Notes: generated from the sequence alone by a model not told the origin. A stretch of DNA of 64,000 nucleotides from Minisyncoccota bacterium (GCA_041664265.1 JBAYLD010000004.1:33470-97469), one strand, 5' to 3'. Positions 34,130-43,399 are shown, numbered from the stretch's first letter. A program made the numbers and translations.

Positions 34130-34150
34130 CCGTAAGGTGACACCTTACGG
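34130..34150. repeat. PAL-A perfect copy: ccgtaaggtgacaccttacgg
   Basis: Identical to the copy inside prmC. Confidence 0.85.
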
Positions 34151-34180
34151 AGTTGACAGGAGGTGTATACTTAATCGCAT

Positions 34181-34372
34181 ATGAAAAAGCTTTATCGATC
34201 ACGCGAGAATAAGATTATCGCCGGGGTGGCGGGCGGCTTCGCCGAATACTTCGACATTGACCCGATTATCATGCGGCTCTTCTTCTTCGCGCTGCTCTTC
34301 TCCGGTGCGTTCATCTTCGCCTATATTGCCGCGTGGATCTTTGTCCCGCTCGCCCTCGACGAACAAAAGTGA
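34181..34372 (+). CDS. PspC-domain protein
   Basis: LYRSRENKIIAGVAGGFAEYFDIDPIIMRLFFF... matches the PspC signature. Confidence 0.7.
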   Translation: MKKLYRSRENKIIAGVAGGFAEYFDIDPIIMRLFFFALLFSGAFIFAYIAAWIFVPLALDEQK

Positions 34373-34439
34373 GGAGATACTGAGCTCAGCAGAGCGAACG
34401 TGCGGTATCATACGAGTATTAGCCGGTAACAATATATTT

Positions 34440-34709
34440 ATGAATCAACGTATGAGCCCCGCGAAAACCTCAGCCACCTTTGCAGTTTTGATTGGCGGCA
34501 TTCATGTCATGTGGTCTGCCTTTGTCGCGCTTGGGTGGGCGCAGCCGTCTATGGACTTCATATTCCGGCTGCACATGGTTAGCCTCGATTTTGTCGTGCA
34601 GCCGTTTGATGCCGCTACGGCGCTCATACTTGTCGCCATCACTGCGATCATTGGTGCGCTCTTTGGCTACTGCATGGCGATTATCTGGAACCGCCTTCAT
34701 CGCGCCTAG
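34440..34709 (+). CDS. Hypothetical small membrane protein
   Basis: Two or three hydrophobic helices. ATG at 34440. Confidence 0.35.
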   Translation: MNQRMSPAKTSATFAVLIGGIHVMWSAFVALGWAQPSMDFIFRLHMVSLDFVVQPFDAATALILVAITAIIGALFGYCMAIIWNRLHRA

Positions 34710-34727
34710 TCGGCTCACCGCGGCGGT

Positions 34728-35924
34728 ATGAAGAACTACGCGATAGCTATCGGAGCACTGGTGTTGGTGGGTGTCGGGGCGTGGTGGTTGACGCAAGTGC
34801 GCGAGGCGCGCGTGCCGAGCGGAGGGCAGACAGGCCCCCTCTCTCTCGATGCGCGCATCGGACAAGAAGTGAGCGGCCTTGACGTGCGCATTGTCCCGAT
34901 TGAAGTGCTTGAGGATAGTCGATGTCCGATTGATGTGCAGTGCATCCAGGCGGGGACCGTGCGCATCCGCGCGCGGCTCATCAGCGGTTTGGGCGAAGCG
35001 AATCAAGAGTTCAGGCTTGGCCAGCCGATAACCACCGAAACAGAGGTCGTCACGCTCACCGACGTCCTCCCGCAGCCGAAGGCAGGAATAGAAATAAAGG
35101 AGAGCGACTATCTCTTCACGTTTGCAATTACCAAACGGCCGCAGAGTATCGTGCCGGATTATGAGAACGCAACATATGTCATCGAAGGGCAGCCGATACA
35201 GCTCGTGAATGGCCGCGCCGAGACGCCAACCGCGCCCGGTTCGGCAACGAAGGTGGTCACGACCACCTTCGGCCCGGCCGCCATCGGCGACTTAAATGGC
35301 GACGGGCACGCCGATGCGGCGATCCTGCTCACACAAGATGCGGGAGGGAGCGGGACATTCTTCTATGTCGGTGCCGTCTTGAATCCGGTGGACAGCCGTT
35401 CGGTAGAAAATGCTTATTTGCTCGGCGATCGCATCGCTCCGCAGAATATCGAGATACGCGAGGGCGTCATCATCGCCAACTATGCGGAGCGTGCGCCGGG
35501 CTCTCCGATGACCGCGCGACCTTCGGTGGGAGTGAGTAAGTATCTCAAGCTCGAGGGCTCACGCCTCGTCGAGATCTCTGGCGGAGACAGCGGAGGTGGC
35601 AGTATTCTCCCGTATAACTCCGGCGTGCGCGGCACGGTCTCGCTCGGACCGACCTGTCCGGTCGAGCGCATCCCACCCGACCCTGCTTGTGCCGACAAAC
35701 CTTACGCGACGGCGATCGCGGTGTACCGCACAGGACTCAAGACCCCATTCGTACTGGGGAATTCAGACGCAAGCGGCGCCTTCAAGATCTCACTCCCGCC
35801 CGGAGCCTACACGCTCTCGGCGACGGGAGGCGCGACGCTCCCGCGTTGTAACCCTGTAGAGTTTGTTGTCGCCCCAGGTGCGTATACGGTAGCAAGCATC
35901 TCTTGTGACACCGGGATTCGCTAA
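34728..35924 (+). CDS. Hypothetical exported protein with an N-terminal anchor
   Basis: N-terminal TM/signal segment and a large Gly/Thr-rich extracytoplasmic region. Confidence 0.45.
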   Translation: MKNYAIAIGALVLVGVGAWWLTQVREARVPSGGQTGPLSLDARIGQEVSGLDVRIVPIEVLEDSRCPIDVQCIQAGTVRIRARLISGLGEANQEFRLGQPITTETEVVTLTDVLPQPKAGIEIKESDYLFTFAITKRPQSIVPDYENATYVIEGQPIQLVNGRAETPTAPGSATKVVTTTFGPAAIGDLNGDGHADAAILLTQDAGGSGTFFYVGAVLNPVDSRSVENAYLLGDRIAPQNIEIREGVIIANYAERAPGSPMTARPSVGVSKYLKLEGSRLVEISGGDSGGGSILPYNSGVRGTVSLGPTCPVERIPPDPACADKPYATAIAVYRTGLKTPFVLGNSDASGAFKISLPPGAYTLSATGGATLPRCNPVEFVVAPGAYTVASISCDTGIR

Positions 35925-35953
35925 TACGCGTTTTAGTTAACCAAAATAAAAAT

Positions 35954-36229
35954 ATGATTGACCCAAAACAAGTAGATCTGAACCAACTGCCGAAGAAGCT
36001 CTGCGACGGGGCGATCGGCGGCTATGCCAAGGAGATATTCTCCTTTGTGCTCACGTCGGGGAATAATCTCGACTCGTTCGCGGCGACGCCGCAGACGATG
36101 AAGAGCATCGCGCTCTGGATGCAGGAGCAGATCGCTGGTTATGAGAAGCAGTACGGCACAATCGACATGACCCCGCCCGAGATCCAGAGCCCCCTTCAGG
36201 CGGCCGACTTGGGGAAGTCGGGTACATAA
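35954..36229 (+). CDS. Hypothetical small protein
   Basis: An ORF followed by the taaatcc + PAL-A2 junction that is also seen after other cassette genes. Confidence 0.35.
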   Translation: MIDPKQVDLNQLPKKLCDGAIGGYAKEIFSFVLTSGNNLDSFAATPQTMKSIALWMQEQIAGYEKQYGTIDMTPPEIQSPLQAADLGKSGT

Positions 36230-36240
36230 ATCCATAAACG

Positions 36241-36298
36241 CCGTAAGGTGACACCTCGCAGCGAGGAGTCACCTTACGGCGAAGGAGTCACCTTACGG
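36241..36298. repeat. PAL-A2 variant (ccgtaaggtgacacctcgc-a-gcgaggagtcaccttacgg) plus an extra partial arm (cgaaggagtcaccttacgg)
   Basis: One mismatch relative to a perfect 39-bp palindrome. Confidence 0.8.
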
Positions 36299-36367
36299 TA
36301 GCAGTAGACCTGTTGACAACCGAGATGGGCGGGTGCTTCGTGCTTCATACTATAAAAAATAATATAT

Positions 36368-37570
36368 ATGAATAACACAACGCGTCTCCTTATCTCCATT
36401 TCTTTTTTCATGCTCGCGTTCGGCACTTCTGCTTCTCGCGTGTTTGCAGTCAGCGAGAACATCACGCAACTCAACTTCACCACCGCGCCGCAAACGATTG
36501 ATGCGAATGCGACTTCGACGGTCATCACCATCCAGACGCAGAATGCGACCAGCTCGTTAGAAAAGGTGAGCGGGACGACCACGCTCAACCTCACCTCCAC
36601 CTCAGCAACGGGAGAATTCTCATCCAACAGTACGAATTGGATCGCGGTGGCAACCCTCACGATGAGTACCAATTCGGCCAACAGGAGCTTCTATTATCGC
36701 GACACAACGGCGGGCACGCATACCCTGACGGTGACCGCGAGCGTCGGTGGCGTGGCGCGGGAGTGGACTCCCGCCACACAAGCGATCGTCATCACTGGCA
36801 CAAGAGTGGCTCCGACGATTTCTGTAGCGAGTTCGTCTGTCTTGTATACCGGCTCCGCACAGTCGGCGATAGTCTCGGGATCGGTGCCCGGCGTGGTGAG
36901 CAATATCGCCTATAATGCCTCAACTACGACGCCGATCGACGCTGGCACCTATGCGGTCACCGCAGACTTCGCTCCGGATGATAGTGCGAATTATGACGCC
37001 CTCACCAGTGCTCCGGCGGGCGATTTTGTGATTGGCAGGGCGGCACTCACCGTCACTCCTGATAACCACACCAAGACCGAGGGCGAGATCTTCTCGGCGT
37101 TTACCGGTGTGATCGATGGCATCAAGGGCAGCGATGCTCTCGCTGCGCGCTATGCGAGCGGCGGCGCGTCAGCCGACGCGCCGGTCGGCAGCTATGAGAT
37201 CACCGCAACGCTTGATGACCCTGATTCGAGGCTAGGGAATTATGATCTCGTGTACCGCGTCGGGACGCTCGAGGTGTCTGCGCCCGCCGCGCCTGCCCCA
37301 GAAGCTCTCCCGCCTGCCGCCCCGCCGGCGGAGCCGGCCGTGTCGAGTCCGCCTCCTCCCGCTAGTAGAGGCGGCGGGCGCAGGAGAAGCCCGGTTGTCG
37401 TAGTGCCGGTGACTCCGGCTGTCGCGGCGTCGCCCGCACAAGGGCAGGTGCTCGGCGCATCAGTCGGCCCGCTCACGCGCGCACAGGCGGGTTCGCTGGT
37501 CGAATTTCTTCGATCTTTTGGTGTTGATCAATCGATTATCGACCGAGTCCGAGAAGTTACCCACATCTGA
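36368..37570 (+). CDS. Secreted MBG-domain (Ig-like) protein with a C-terminal GGGRRR...AQGQVLGA...SFGVDQS module
   Basis: Signal peptide, YTGSAQ...YNASTTTPIDAGTYAVTADF MBG-like repeats, and a tail shared with the 11056 and 16516 proteins. Confidence 0.6.
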   Translation: MNNTTRLLISISFFMLAFGTSASRVFAVSENITQLNFTTAPQTIDANATSTVITIQTQNATSSLEKVSGTTTLNLTSTSATGEFSSNSTNWIAVATLTMSTNSANRSFYYRDTTAGTHTLTVTASVGGVAREWTPATQAIVITGTRVAPTISVASSSVLYTGSAQSAIVSGSVPGVVSNIAYNASTTTPIDAGTYAVTADFAPDDSANYDALTSAPAGDFVIGRAALTVTPDNHTKTEGEIFSAFTGVIDGIKGSDALAARYASGGASADAPVGSYEITATLDDPDSRLGNYDLVYRVGTLEVSAPAAPAPEALPPAAPPAEPAVSSPPPPASRGGGRRRSPVVVVPVTPAVAASPAQGQVLGASVGPLTRAQAGSLVEFLRSFGVDQSIIDRVREVTHI

Positions 37571-37624
37571 TTCGCCTCGCGAGGGAGGTGCTACACTATA
37601 GTTATTACCAACTAGTCATACGTT

Positions 37625-37999
37625 ATGGATATTTCACTGGTTGCCGCAAAAATCTTGGGAACATATCTGGTTGTCAGCGGTCTCTTCCTCATCTTCCGCG
37701 GGAAGACGGTCCCGCGCTTGTTGAAGGATTTCTTCGATCATCCGGCCATCGTGTATCTCACGGGCGTTATCCTCATCTTCTTGTCATCGCTCCTGCTCGT
37801 ACAAAATAATGTTTGGGACGGCAGTTGGCGCACGGTCATCACCATCTTCTCGTGGCTGGTCCTCTTGAAGGGCGTGTCCTACATTCTCTTCCCTGACGCG
37901 CTCCACAAGATGGTGAGCAAGAAGATCCTTAACGCCCCCTTTAATGTCTATGGCCTGATCGCACTCGCCGGTGGCCTCTTCCTCTTCTATCTCGGTTAA
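37625..37999 (+). CDS. Hypothetical 4-TM membrane protein
   Basis: Four hydrophobic helices in a clean ORF. Confidence 0.45.
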   Translation: MDISLVAAKILGTYLVVSGLFLIFRGKTVPRLLKDFFDHPAIVYLTGVILIFLSSLLLVQNNVWDGSWRTVITIFSWLVLLKGVSYILFPDALHKMVSKKILNAPFNVYGLIALAGGLFLFYLG

Positions 38000-38067
38000 G
38001 GCGAGGTCATACCAAGGTGTAACTTTGTACAAAAAAACGGTATACTGGCGGGTATAATTAATCCGCT

Positions 38068-38505
38068 ATGAAAAAGTATGCACTAGCCGCCAGTATCGGG
38101 ATCGTGGTGGCGGTCGCTGCGGCGTTCTGGGCGATCAACGTGCGCGAAGCCAAGGCGCCGGTCGCGATCCCCGCATCAAAAGACGATCTCATCGTTGTGG
38201 ATACGCCGTTGCCGGGCGCGATCGTAGCCAGCCCGCTCACGATCTCTGGCCGCGCGCGCGGCACGTGGTACTTTGAAGCATCGTTCCCGGTAAGGATGCT
38301 TGATGCCAAGGGGAATGAGCTCGGCGTGCTGCCCGCACAGGCGCAGGGCGAGTGGATGACGACCGAGTATGTGCCGTTTATCGTCGACCTCGCCTTCGCC
38401 ACCTCTACGACCGCGACCGGGACGCTCGTACTTGAAAAAGATAATCCATCGGGCCTGCCCGAGCATGCAAATGAACTGCGCATCCCCATCCGATTTCAGC
38501 CCTAA
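38068..38505 (+). CDS. Gmad2 Ig-like domain protein, exported
   Basis: Signal/TM segment and PLTISGRARGTWYFEASFPVRMLDAKG, typical of Gmad2. Confidence 0.6.
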   Translation: MKKYALAASIGIVVAVAAAFWAINVREAKAPVAIPASKDDLIVVDTPLPGAIVASPLTISGRARGTWYFEASFPVRMLDAKGNELGVLPAQAQGEWMTTEYVPFIVDLAFATSTTATGTLVLEKDNPSGLPEHANELRIPIRFQP

Positions 38506-38583
38506 GGATTTCTTCAAGAAATTTTAATGAAGTAATGTGCACAATGCGTGAGTGAACTTACTCGTCACTCACTACAAAAAGAT

Positions 38584-39009
38584 ATGAAAATGTCGACTGT
38601 CGTTTGGTTTGTCGTGATCATCGGGCTTGTGCTTCTCGGTATCTGGTACTTCATGCCGCGGCCGGCGAGCGCGAATCCGGTGCTCACTGTTGCGAACGAT
38701 GCCACCTTGGGCGACTTCCTCGTCGCGTCAAACGGCATGACCTTGTATCTCTACACAAACGATACGAAGGATGTTACCAACTGTTATGACCTCTGTGCGG
38801 TCAATTGGCCGCCGTATGTGCGTACGACTGCTGAGCCGCTTGTCGGAGGCGCGGGCATGGCGGGCACTATAGCGACCACGGCGCGCACCGATGGGACGGA
38901 GCAGATTACCTACAACGGTATCCCGCTCTACTTCTGGAAGAACGACCTGAAGCCGGGCGACACGACGGGTCAAAATGTTGGCGGTGTATGGTTCGTTGTG
39001 CACCCATAG
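38584..39009 (+). CDS. Lipoprotein_15 / COG4315-type secreted repeat protein
   Basis: Two tandem Y.(Y/F)..D motifs (MTLYLYTNDTKD and IPLYFWKNDLKPGD). Confidence 0.55.
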   Translation: MKMSTVVWFVVIIGLVLLGIWYFMPRPASANPVLTVANDATLGDFLVASNGMTLYLYTNDTKDVTNCYDLCAVNWPPYVRTTAEPLVGGAGMAGTIATTARTDGTEQITYNGIPLYFWKNDLKPGDTTGQNVGGVWFVVHP

Positions 39010-39036
39010 GCAGAAGGGAGCGTCTGGTAGTAGAGT

Positions 39037-40806
39037 GTGTGGATGACACAAGGCGAGGCGCTCACCATATTGAAGACGGGTGCGAACGTATTCCTCACCG
39101 GCGAGCCCGGAAGCGGCAAGACGCACACGATAAATGAGTTTGTTGCGTGGTTGCGATCATCAGGCATCGAGCCTTCGGTGACCGCAGCGACGGGGATCGC
39201 GGCGACGCACGTGAGCGGCATGACGCTCCACTCTTGGAGCGGCATCGGCATCAGCGAGTCGCTCTCGCGGGCTGATGTAGATCGCATCGCGAGCAGGGAG
39301 CATATCGCGAAGCGCTTAACGAAAGCCAAAGTGTTGATTATCGAGGAGATCTCCATGCTGTCGGCGGCGACGTTTGAGATGGCAGACAAGGTGTGCCGCG
39401 AAGTGCGACGCAGCGACCAGCCCTTTGGTGGGCTGACGGTGATTCTCGTAGGGGACTTCTTCCAGCTCCCGCCCGTGTCGCGTCGAGGCGATGTTGAATT
39501 CGCCTATGCGTCAAAACTTTGGCGCGAATTGAATCCGATCACCTGTTACCTCACCGAACAATATCGGCAGGATGATGCGGCGTTTCTCGATGTGCTCTCG
39601 GCGATACGGTCGGGCACGGTTGAAGAGTTGCACTATGAGCATCTCACTTCGCGACAGGTCGCCAAGGATCCGTTAACAGCCGAATGCCAAGGTCGGACCT
39701 TGGAGAACTCAATACCCAAACTGTTTTCGCACAATGCGGATGTCGATCGCATCAATGCCGCTGAGCTCGCCAAGCTCCCGGGTAAAGCGAGAAGCTTCTC
39801 TATGAGCTCGAAGGGTAAGGACTCGATGGTTGAAGGCCTGAAGCGCGGCTGCCTCTCGCCAGAAATCTTGGAGTTGAAGGAGGGCGCGGCGGTCATGTTC
39901 ACCAAGAATTCGCCGCAGGGGAAGTTTGTGAATGGCACGCTTGGCGTTGTCATCGATTGGAGCTTCGATGGTGCGCCGGTTATCGAAATTCGCAGCCCTT
40001 CGACTGGTTCGACAAGCTCACCGCAAGCAAGCTCAGGGCATCGTCTCCGCGTAACCGCAGAGACTATGGAGTGGCAGCTCGAAGAACAGGGCAAGGTGAA
40101 GGCGAGCATCACACAATATCCGCTCCGGCTCGCCTATGCGATGACGGTGCACAAGAGCCAGGGCATGAGCATGGACGCGGCGATTATGGATCTCTCAAAG
40201 GCGTTTGAATATGGACAAGGATATGTCGCGCTCTCGCGCGTGCGGCGGCTCTCGGGCGTGTATCTCACCGGTCTCAACGCGCGTGCGCTTGAGGTGCATC
40301 CGGAGATCCTGAAAAAAGATAAGGACTTCCGCGCCGCCTCAGAGGCGGCGCGCGATGCATTCGCCGAAATGCCTGAAGCAGAAGTAGAAGGGATGCAGAA
40401 GAAGTTTGTGAAGGCGATGGGCGGAGCATTTATGGACCCACGCACGAAACACGAGGGGATTAAGGGACTTCGTAAGTCCCTATCTGATAGGGACTTACGA
40501 AGTCCAAACATTCCGGGAAGATTAGCCGAGACGCTCCAAGCCGCGCGAGACGCGAAGAGTTTGAAACAGGTAGCAAAAGAGCGCGGACTCACCGCGAGCA
40601 CTATCGTGAAGCATCTGGAAGAGTTGGCGGAGATGGGGAAGCTCGCCCGAGCCGACTTCGCACACCTCGTGCCGATGGATATCATCGGCGAGATCCACGA
40701 GGCGCTCGCAGAGAACAAAGACGGCCGCCTCTCGCCAATCTTCCACGCTCTCAAAGGCCGTCACTCGTTTGAAACCATCCGCCTCGTCCGCCTCATGCGC
40801 GATTAG
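39037..40806 (+). CDS. PIF1/RecD-like SF1B DNA helicase with a C-terminal HTH-like domain
   Basis: Walker A GEPGSGKT, and the linker-tail context. The helicase body is followed by a helix-rich tail. Confidence 0.8.
   Translation: MWMTQGEALTILKTGANVFLTGEPGSGKTHTINEFVAWLRSSGIEPSVTAATGIAATHVSGMTLHSWSGIGISESLSRADVDRIASREHIAKRLTKAKVLIIEEISMLSAATFEMADKVCREVRRSDQPFGGLTVILVGDFFQLPPVSRRGDVEFAYASKLWRELNPITCYLTEQYRQDDAAFLDVLSAIRSGTVEELHYEHLTSRQVAKDPLTAECQGRTLENSIPKLFSHNADVDRINAAELAKLPGKARSFSMSSKGKDSMVEGLKRGCLSPEILELKEGAAVMFTKNSPQGKFVNGTLGVVIDWSFDGAPVIEIRSPSTGSTSSPQASSGHRLRVTAETMEWQLEEQGKVKASITQYPLRLAYAMTVHKSQGMSMDAAIMDLSKAFEYGQGYVALSRVRRLSGVYLTGLNARALEVHPEILKKDKDFRAASEAARDAFAEMPEAEVEGMQKKFVKAMGGAFMDPRTKHEGIKGLRKSLSDRDLRSPNIPGRLAETLQAARDAKSLKQVAKERGLTASTIVKHLEELAEMGKLARADFAHLVPMDIIGEIHEALAENKDGRLSPIFHALKGRHSFETIRLVRLMRD
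40465..40505. repeat. 41-bp perfect palindrome ggacttcgtaagtccctatc-t-gatagggacttacgaagtcc, in-frame inside the helicase coding sequence
   Basis: Encodes KGLRKSLSDRDLRS between the helicase core and the C-terminal domain. Confidence 0.85.
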
Positions 40807-40815
40807 CAGTCACGT

Positions 40816-41582
40816 GGGGTTTCCGAAATCCTTCAATTCTTCATGAAGAATTATTCAAGATCAATCTTTTCTGGGTTATCGAGTTCTGAATCTTTAAGGA
40901 AGTCAATAAGTTCCTTGCCATAATTGCCGAAGACCTCGCTGAAGAAAGACTTTGTGAGTATGGAAGGAAAGTTTCTTCGGCCGGTATAATCGAGCAGGCT
41001 ACTCCAGCGGTATGTAGAAAGATGTTCCAAAGCTTTATTCATGTCCGCAATGCCACCTTTGTTACGGATGCGCCAGTCCTGGGCACCCTCAAGATAATCA
41101 AGCGGGTTTAGATGCAAATAGTGGAGGATATATAGAAAGTGCGGTTCATGTTCAATCAATATCCTTTTCGTGTGCCCTTGGAATAGAGTCCCTTTTCGCT
41201 CGTAGCGTTCGTTAAAGTAATTCGCATAACCGACATTAATTTTTCTGAGGAACAAACTGACACCACCCTCGACGCGCTCAGAGAGCAGGAGATGGTAATG
41301 ATTTTTCATCAGAGTCCATCCGTGAATGTCCACCAATAGCTCGCGCTCTTTTCTAAATGAAGGGTTTCCGAAACCCTTCATTCCCGATGGGTCAAAGAGG
41401 CGAGACATGTTCTCGGCAGGGGCGGTGTCATTGAATTCGTAGAGATTGTGCACAAAGCGCGCATAATCTTGAGAATCAAGAAATAATTTTCTCCCGTCGA
41501 CGCCCTTATTTAATACATGCCACAGCTCCACCCCCTCATGATACATGAAGGGTTTACGAAACCCTTCAATTCCTCATGAAGG
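40816..41582 (-). mobile_element. REPIN-like unit: a RAYT gene flanked by direct copies of a roughly 30-bp element carrying the PAL-C hairpin GAAGGGTTTCSKAAACCCTTC. A third copy sits inside the coding sequence.
   Basis: Copies at 40816..40850 (degenerate), 41356..41382 (perfect 12-bp stem with a ccg loop) and 41547..41582. Confidence 0.6.
40851..41546 (-). CDS. REP-associated tyrosine transposase (RAYT; IS200/IS605 TnpA-like Y1 HUH transposase)
   Basis: HUH motif HYHLLL, LFQGHTKRILIEHE and HYLHLNPL match the RayT and IS200 TnpA layout. The gene is flanked by palindromes. Confidence 0.7.
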   Translation of the reverse strand: MYHEGVELWHVLNKGVDGRKLFLDSQDYARFVHNLYEFNDTAPAENMSRLFDPSGMKGFGNPSFRKERELLVDIHGWTLMKNHYHLLLSERVEGGVSLFLRKINVGYANYFNERYERKGTLFQGHTKRILIEHEPHFLYILHYLHLNPLDYLEGAQDWRIRNKGGIADMNKALEHLSTYRWSSLLDYTGRRNFPSILTKSFFSEVFGNYGKELIDFLKDSELDNPEKIDLE

Positions 41583-41677
41583 TGTGGAAAATGATGGATA
41601 TCGTAGGTCCATCATCTAAGAATATAAAAAAAGAAGGACCCCGTACCAATAATCGGTACGAGGTCAAGGCTTCAGAT

Positions 41678-42262
41678 TCAACTTTTGCACACTGCAGCGG
41701 GGAAGTTTCCGTCAAATTCCTCATCGAGCCATGTAATGCTTGCACCCCAAGACTCGTTATCGCTGTGCCAAAGGAGACCACGAACACATAAATCTCCTCT
41801 TTTTACATTGCGATAGGTTGTGCCCCAGAAGCACACATACTTACCTTTCCATTCATCAGGGATGAGATGCGGGTGATCAAGTAAATAATCAAGAACGTTT
41901 GCGTTAAGGATCGTTTTCCCCGTACCCTTGAGCTCCCATTTGAGTGTTACCCCATCCAGGGATTTGCCGTTCTTTTGCCCATCGGCATAGAAGAGCTCAA
42001 CCTTGGACGGATCCCAGACAAATGAATCATCACTCCGGTGTTCTTCGACTACATGGCCTTGAGGAGCAGAGAAGTTGAGAGCGTTACAGTCTACAGCGTG
42101 ATCAGCACCTGCGATAGACGCATATCCGAGTACAACTTCACGAACCTTGGCGAGGATGTCTCCTTCACAAAGTTTCTTGATTTCCTTGTTCGTCCAGTTT
42201 CCACGTCGAAACGCGGCCTTCAATTCTCCCGCTTGGTCAACATCGAGCATTAAGTTACTCAT
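41678..42262 (-). CDS. Hypothetical protein
   Basis: ATG at 42262 is preceded by an AGGAGA ribosome-binding site. No family recognised. Confidence 0.45.
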   Translation of the reverse strand: MSNLMLDVDQAGELKAAFRRGNWTNKEIKKLCEGDILAKVREVVLGYASIAGADHAVDCNALNFSAPQGHVVEEHRSDDSFVWDPSKVELFYADGQKNGKSLDGVTLKWELKGTGKTILNANVLDYLLDHPHLIPDEWKGKYVCFWGTTYRNVKRGDLCVRGLLWHSDNESWGASITWLDEEFDGNFPAAVCKS

Positions 42263-42526
42263 CGTTGTTCTCCTTTCTGCGACGGTGTTCATTACAGAAC
42301 GATGTCGCTATGCGCTGGCGGGTTCCACTGGATTTAGTGGTTTGCCACAGCAGGGAATGGCCCAGACGAGCCGCTTTCTGCTATGGCAAACGCAAGTTGA
42401 ATCTGTCAAAGAACTTACTGCTATTATACACGAAACTTATATACTGTCAAGCGTTTTGACAAGGTGCAGGGTGTTGAGTATGAAAATATGGCTTAAAATA
42501 TGGACTTTTGAGCACAAATATCAAGG

Positions 42527-43279
42527 TTAAACCTTGATATTTAAGAGTGATTCGATAAGTTGGGCGGTTTCGGTGGGGGAAGTGACGCTTTGGGCCGTTG
42601 CGCCAGTTTTAAATACGGCCTCGTCGTTGCCACCGCCTACGAGCTCGTCGCCCACATAGACCGCGTCAGCTTCAGCGATGCCGAGACGCTTCGTGAGTTG
42701 CCGAATGCCATATGCCTTGTCGATGTCGCGCTTGGTCACATCGATAGTCGTCGAACCGCCCATGCCGACTGAATATTCCGGTAGCTTCGCGGCGATATTG
42801 GCTTGGAGCGCGTGGCGCTTTGAATGATCGGGATCCCACGCTTTCTTTTCAATAATCGGCGCTTCTTGGCCAAGCGCAGACAGCGTCACTTGGCCGCCGC
42901 GATATTCGATGCGATCGCCCCACGCCGATTCGGCGAAATTGATAAGGCCGGTTTCCTCTGCTGCTGCGCGCATTGCCGCCTCGATAGCATGAGCTTCTTT
43001 CTCTGAAAGGCGCTCTTCATAAATCTTGTTCCAGTCACTATTCTGATATTCGTAGAGAGCAGCGCCGGAGGTGGGCAACAAATAAAGGTTCGAGAAGTGT
43101 GTATCGCTCGGGAGGTGGGCGACCAACTGCTTTAAGAGCTGCGGCAGGGCGCCGCCCGAGACGACCGCGATTTTCGTAGCGACAAGGAGCTTCGCGACGA
43201 GTGCCGCCATCTCGCTGGTGAGGGGCTGCTTGCTCTCGGTGAGCGTGCCATCTAAATCAAAGATTATAAGTTTATTCAT
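42527..43279 (-). CDS. HAD-IIB family hydrolase, phosphomannomutase/Cof-like
   Basis: IIFDLDGTLT motif I and VGDELVGGGND motif IV. Confidence 0.7.
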   Translation of the reverse strand: MNKLIIFDLDGTLTESKQPLTSEMAALVAKLLVATKIAVVSGGALPQLLKQLVAHLPSDTHFSNLYLLPTSGAALYEYQNSDWNKIYEERLSEKEAHAIEAAMRAAAEETGLINFAESAWGDRIEYRGGQVTLSALGQEAPIIEKKAWDPDHSKRHALQANIAAKLPEYSVGMGGSTTIDVTKRDIDKAYGIRQLTKRLGIAEADAVYVGDELVGGGNDEAVFKTGATAQSVTSPTETAQLIESLLNIKV

Positions 43280-43399
43280 AGGCGTGTCGCGAGCGAGAGC
43301 CTGTATCTCGAAGGGTACGCGATTTTTTTGCTAAAAAATCGCTCAGTCCTCGTCTCGTCAGCCTGTGGAGCCCCTTCTCGACACATACGCTCGCTCGCT

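Noticed and set aside
30661-34150. Calling the cassette array a bona fide integron
   Set aside because: No intI integrase or Pc/attI is visible in the window. The boundary palindromes are short perfect palindromes rather than typical imperfect attC sites. It is kept as an open hypothesis only.
30661-36298. Possible CRISPR array, suggested by the repeated 21-bp palindromes
   Set aside because: Repeat spacing is irregular (hundreds to over 1000 bp). Protein-coding genes lie between copies. No cas genes are present. The repeats are perfect palindromes of differing lengths. They behave like REP/BIME elements rather than CRISPR repeats.
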